Shown here: one piece after another, positions 60,165-64,000 of the stretch | Layout: every line of letters begins with the position of its first letter | Numbering within the stretch: the first letter of the stretch is position 1 | Assembly (NCBI GenBank): GCA_943354835.1 | Contig: CALRDH010000001.1 | Coordinates: 191,298 to 255,297 of the forward strand | Direction of reading: 5' to 3' | DNA length: 64,000 nucleotides | DNA from: a candidate division WWE3 bacterium | GTDB lineage: Bacteria > Patescibacteriota > WWE3 > 2-01-FULL-39-13 | Program-made: the position numbers and the translations under genes | The notes under the pieces: model-generated | What the model saw: the letters and a program-made list of their open reading frames with translations, nothing else | Told to the model about the DNA's origin: nothing | The model's database searches: none

Positions 60165-60401
60165 ATGAAAGAAATACATATGTTGACCTTTACAATGGTC
60201 ATTGTCGGTGCCTTGAACTGGGGATTGGTTGGAGCTTTGGATATTAACTTGGTAAATATGCTATTTGGAGGATTTGCCTCACTAGAAACTGTAATTTACC
60301 TACTTGTTGGAGTTTCAGCAATCGCTGAAGTAATAATGCACGCGAATTGTTGCAAATGGTGTGCAGTGGAGCATTCCAAGTCCAAGAAGAGTAAGAAGTG
60401 A
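60165..60401 (+). CDS. DUF378 family membrane protein
   Basis: IVGALNWGLVG...NLV...IYLLVGVSA; GGAGGTG SD. Confidence 0.9.
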   Translation: MKEIHMLTFTMVIVGALNWGLVGALDINLVNMLFGGFASLETVIYLLVGVSAIAEVIMHANCCKWCAVEHSKSKKSKK

Positions 60402-60422
60402 TAAGGCTTGTGTTAATAAAAT

Positions 60423-61646
60423 ATGTTTTCTCTGCCATTTTCTAAAAAATCAGGTCTTCTGTATATAAGAAGAGACAAAGCGCAACTTTATATAGTTGGA
60501 TCATCTTCCTCAATTGAGGTTGTTTTTGATCCTGCCGTATTTCAAAACCTTGAAGTAAAAGATAAAGACGCTTTTGGATCTTCCATAAAAGAAATTATCC
60601 AAAAAAAAATTTCAAAAAATATTTCGATTTTGATCGTGCTTTCAAGTGACATTGTTTTCAGAAAGGATATGCCAAAAATTTCAGGTGGAGAGCTAGATCA
60701 AGAAATAAATAAATTTATAGATGCAATTCCTATGGATAACGAGAGCCTTGATTATAGGATTATGCCAGTAGAAACTGGCGTCGCGGTAGTTGCGACAAAT
60801 TCTGTAATCTATAACATCGCCCGCGACGCCGTAGAATCTTTAGGTTGTAGTGTAATTGCTATTGTTCCATCAGCTTTTTTTGGGGTTACGACAAGCGATA
60901 TCACGCTTAACGTATTTGCTCAAATTGCAAAAGCTAACGTTTCATTTGGTGAAACAGATTTTATGCGAAAAGGTCCACACGGTAAGATTGTAACTAATCC
61001 AATTTCTATTATGAATAAAGACCGCCCAACACCTACTGTTTCATCTATTTCAAGTTTGTCTCAAGCTTCTACGACTGCAGGTTCCGCTTTTGGTAGCCCA
61101 TCTGGAGTTGTTGAAGTTAAGTCGACTATTAGTAAGAAATCAGTTTTTCTTGTGATTTTAGCGATAGCTTTATTTGGAACTTCAGGTTTTTTGATTAAGA
61201 AATATTATCTGGATGACAAAAATTCAAAAGTAACTGATCAGCCAAAGTTAGAAATGGAAGTTTTGTCAGCTCCCGTTGCTGAAACTTCAGTAGAAGCTCC
61301 GGTTGTAGTCGAGGAAGAAATTACCGAAACTCCTGTTGCCTCAAAAGTTGAAAAATCAGATTTACGATTTAATATTTTAAATTCCACAAAAGTTTCTGGA
61401 CTTGCATCAAAAGCAAAAGACGCAATTTCAAAACTTGGATATTCCAAGTTCGAAGTTGGAAATTCCACGGAAGTTTTGACAAATGTTCAGATAATTTTGT
61501 ATAAAGAAATTCCAGAGGAATATTTGACGGAAATTTCGGAATCAATTAAAGAAACTTTTAAAGTAGATGAAGTTGATGTTAAGGAAGATTTTAAAGAGAC
61601 CTTCGATTTTGACATACAAATAACTCTTGCCGGTATTGCAAAATAA
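60423..61646 (+). CDS. Membrane protein with C-terminal LytR_C domain
   Basis: ILNSTKVSGLASK...GNS...DIQITL after a TM; N-terminal cytoplasmic domain. Confidence 0.75.
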   Translation: MFSLPFSKKSGLLYIRRDKAQLYIVGSSSSIEVVFDPAVFQNLEVKDKDAFGSSIKEIIQKKISKNISILIVLSSDIVFRKDMPKISGGELDQEINKFIDAIPMDNESLDYRIMPVETGVAVVATNSVIYNIARDAVESLGCSVIAIVPSAFFGVTTSDITLNVFAQIAKANVSFGETDFMRKGPHGKIVTNPISIMNKDRPTPTVSSISSLSQASTTAGSAFGSPSGVVEVKSTISKKSVFLVILAIALFGTSGFLIKKYYLDDKNSKVTDQPKLEMEVLSAPVAETSVEAPVVVEEEITETPVASKVEKSDLRFNILNSTKVSGLASKAKDAISKLGYSKFEVGNSTEVLTNVQIILYKEIPEEYLTEISESIKETFKVDEVDVKEDFKETFDFDIQITLAGIAK

Positions 61647-61775
61647 TGCATACCGTTGTGTTTTTATTTAGATTGATATATAATCAGCGCAGTTTAGTTG
61701 AGATTCCTTTAAGAGCCTCGTATGGAACTTCGAAGTGAATTCTTTAGATATAGAACTTTCAGGGGGTGAATTTAA

Positions 61776-62045
61776 TTGAATAGATTGTACGTAGGCAATT
61801 TAGCCTATTCAGTAACCGGAGACGTATTAGCTCAGCTTTTCGCTGCAGCTGGTACAGTTTTAAACGCTGATGTTATATTCGACAGACAAACCAACCGATC
61901 AAAAGGATTTGGATTTGTTGAAATGAGTACTGACGACGAAGCCAAAAAAGCCATTGAAATGTTTAATGGAAAAGAGCAAGACGGAAGATCATTAGTCGTA
62001 AACGAAGCAAGACCAAAAGCCCCAGCTACCAACAACAGGTACTAA
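61776..62045 (+). CDS. RRM RNA-binding protein
   Basis: LYVGNL (RNP2), SKGFGFVEM (RNP1), VVNEARP; TTG start. Confidence 0.95.
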   Translation: MNRLYVGNLAYSVTGDVLAQLFAAAGTVLNADVIFDRQTNRSKGFGFVEMSTDDEAKKAIEMFNGKEQDGRSLVVNEARPKAPATNNRY

Positions 62046-62084
62046 GCTTTAGGTTTCAGAACTTTTAAGTTTTGAAAAAGAATC

Positions 62085-62115
62085 GGCGGTCGCGAAAGCG
62101 ACCGCCTTTTTTTTT
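62085..62115 (+). terminator. Intrinsic terminator
   Basis: GGCGGTCGC-GAAA-GCGACCGCC + T9. Confidence 0.9.
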
Positions 62116-62181
62116 GCCTTTTTTATCTTATATTTCAGAATGTGTAGTCATATAGTATACTTCCGTCAACGGAGGTTTATT

Positions 62182-63135
62182 ATGAAAGTATTAGTAACTG
62201 GTGCCGCAGGATTTATCGGCTCACACTTGTCTGAACGTTTATTATCGATGGGTCATGAAGTTGTCGGAATTGATTCATTTACAGATTATTATCCAAGGGT
62301 CTTAAAGGATCTAAATGCAAAAAGCATAAGGGTTGCTGGGGCCAAATTATTTGAAATGGATTTAGTCGGTACAGATCTTAGCGAGGCTGTTGATGGTGTA
62401 AATTATATTTATCATTTAGCCGCTCAACCTGGAATATCAAGTAAGGTCCCTTTTGAGAATTTCGTAAGAAATAACGTTTATGCTACGCAGAATATTTTAG
62501 AAGCCGCACTAACTTCAAATACCTTAAAATGTTTTGTTAACATAGGAACGTCATCAATATATGGAGCTCATGCTACTGACACTGAAGATGCAGCACCAAA
62601 ACCAACTTCATACTATGGTGTTACGAAGCTTGCATCCGAGCAACTCGTTTTAGCATATAACAGAGATAAAGGCCTTCCAGCCTGTTCTTTTAGACCATTT
62701 TCAGTATATGGAGAAAGGGAGCGTCCTGAAAAACTTTATCCAAAACTAATAAAAAGTATTCTTGAAGGAACAGATTTTACTTTATTTGAAGGTAGTGAAA
62801 AACATGTTCGAAGTTACACTTATGTAGGCGATATAATTGATGGATTAGTTTCAGTGATTGATAATATTGATGTGTGTAATGGGCAAATATTTAATCTTGG
62901 GACTGATAAGACTATAACAACTGGCGATGGAATTTCAATTATAGAAAAAGCTTTAGGAATGAAAGCCAAGATAGTTGTCGTTCCAAAACGCCCAGGAGAT
63001 CAACTTGAAACTAGTGCGAATATATTAAAAGCAAGAAAGTTGTTGAATTATAACCCGCAAACGTTAGTTCAAGACGGTTTAACTCGTGAGGCGAACTGGT
63101 ATAAGCAAGAAATATTTGGAAAAATTATCTTATAA
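62182..63135 (+). CDS. NAD-dependent sugar epimerase/dehydratase
   Basis: VTGAAGFIGS, HLAAQPG, TSSIYG, YGVTK; GGAGG SD. Confidence 0.93.
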   Translation: MKVLVTGAAGFIGSHLSERLLSMGHEVVGIDSFTDYYPRVLKDLNAKSIRVAGAKLFEMDLVGTDLSEAVDGVNYIYHLAAQPGISSKVPFENFVRNNVYATQNILEAALTSNTLKCFVNIGTSSIYGAHATDTEDAAPKPTSYYGVTKLASEQLVLAYNRDKGLPACSFRPFSVYGERERPEKLYPKLIKSILEGTDFTLFEGSEKHVRSYTYVGDIIDGLVSVIDNIDVCNGQIFNLGTDKTITTGDGISIIEKALGMKAKIVVVPKRPGDQLETSANILKARKLLNYNPQTLVQDGLTREANWYKQEIFGKIIL

Positions 63136-64000
63136 ATGAATAACAAAGAAATAAAAACGGAAAACTGGGATCCACTTGATCAAGTCACATCAAATGTTAA
63201 GGATGTTTCACGCCTTATTAAGAGGAAGTCTGATAATGGCAAGGTTTCAATTGTTATACCTTGTTATAACGAGTCAGGAAATATTGGTAAAACAATAGAT
63301 GCTTTGTTGGAAGAAGAAAAGAAGTCTGGCTATAAATTTGAAATAATTCCCGTTGACGATGGAAGCAAGGATGACACTTGGAATATTATTGCAGATTATT
63401 CAAAAAAACACTCACAGGTTATTGGTATTCAACAGTTAGGTAATTTTGGTCAATCACAGGCTTACCAAGCTGGTTTTGATATAGCAACTGGAGATTATGT
63501 TTTGATTTGTTCTGCCGACCTTGAAACTCCACTTGAAAATATAAATAGAATTATTGATTATTTAGATTCTGGTTATGATTTTGTTAATACAAATCGAGTT
63601 GGTAGATGGGGCGGAGATCGCGCTGTTAAAAGTGGTTATGCAAATAGAATAATAAAGAAAATTTCAGGAATGGATATTCAAGACAGAGGCAGTGGAATGA
63701 AAGGCATGATTGCACCTTTAGCTCAAAATCTAAAATTTTATGGTGATATGCATCGATTTATTCCTGATTATGTTAGCGTTTACGGCGCACGAATTGTTGA
63801 ATTTTCAACAAAATTTCAAGATAGAGAGTTTGGAGTATCCGCATATAAAGGTCATAAAAGAACTGTAAAAGTTCTTCTTGATTTAACAACTTTGATGTTC
63901 ATGCTTTATTTTGCCAAAAAGCCACACACGATGATGCCTGGAAGACTTTTTGGTTTTACGGGAGCCATCATGGCCGTTTTAGGTGGATTAATTTCATTCC
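63136..64000 (+). CDS. GT2 polyprenol-phosphate glycosyltransferase (ArnC-like), partial
   Basis: SIVIPCYNE, VDDGSKD, NFGQ, ADL, MHRFIP; runs off the window end. Confidence 0.9.
   Translation, partial: MNNKEIKTENWDPLDQVTSNVKDVSRLIKRKSDNGKVSIVIPCYNESGNIGKTIDALLEEEKKSGYKFEIIPVDDGSKDDTWNIIADYSKKHSQVIGIQQLGNFGQSQAYQAGFDIATGDYVLICSADLETPLENINRIIDYLDSGYDFVNTNRVGRWGGDRAVKSGYANRIIKKISGMDIQDRGSGMKGMIAPLAQNLKFYGDMHRFIPDYVSVYGARIVEFSTKFQDREFGVSAYKGHKRTVKVLLDLTTLMFMLYFAKKPHTMMPGRLFGFTGAIMAVLGGLISF

Overview
AT-rich, gene-dense bacterial chromosome segment using genetic code 11, with TGA as stop and tRNA-Trp(CCA). Gene content, a short IF2, an N-terminal-only GlmU, many GT-C membrane glycosyltransferases and tRNA-Ile(UAU)/tRNA-Arg(GCG) point to a Patescibacteria (CPR) genome; this is inference. 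Core genes: groEL (partial)/groES, nusA-infB-rpsO-pnp, trpS, gdhA, dnaG-rpoD, a Xer-like recombinase and 10 tRNAs. Accessory content: three PIN-type toxin-antitoxin pairs, small tRNA-anchored islets and an ApbE/ferric-reductase flavinylation cluster. The best candidate for an undescribed system is a complete T-box riboswitch (18495-18801). It controls two paralogous ~290-aa proteins of unknown function, one split by a T7 frameshift, followed by a TraB/TIKI-like hydrolase, rather than an aaRS or amino-acid operon. Other notable signals: two dispersed lipoprotein-like cassettes with homologous promoter and leader elements, a perfect 42-bp GC-rich palindrome before dnaG, a dispersed 17-bp hairpin repeat, and pervasive leaderless-type promoters. 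All calls come from reading the sequence; no database searches were run.
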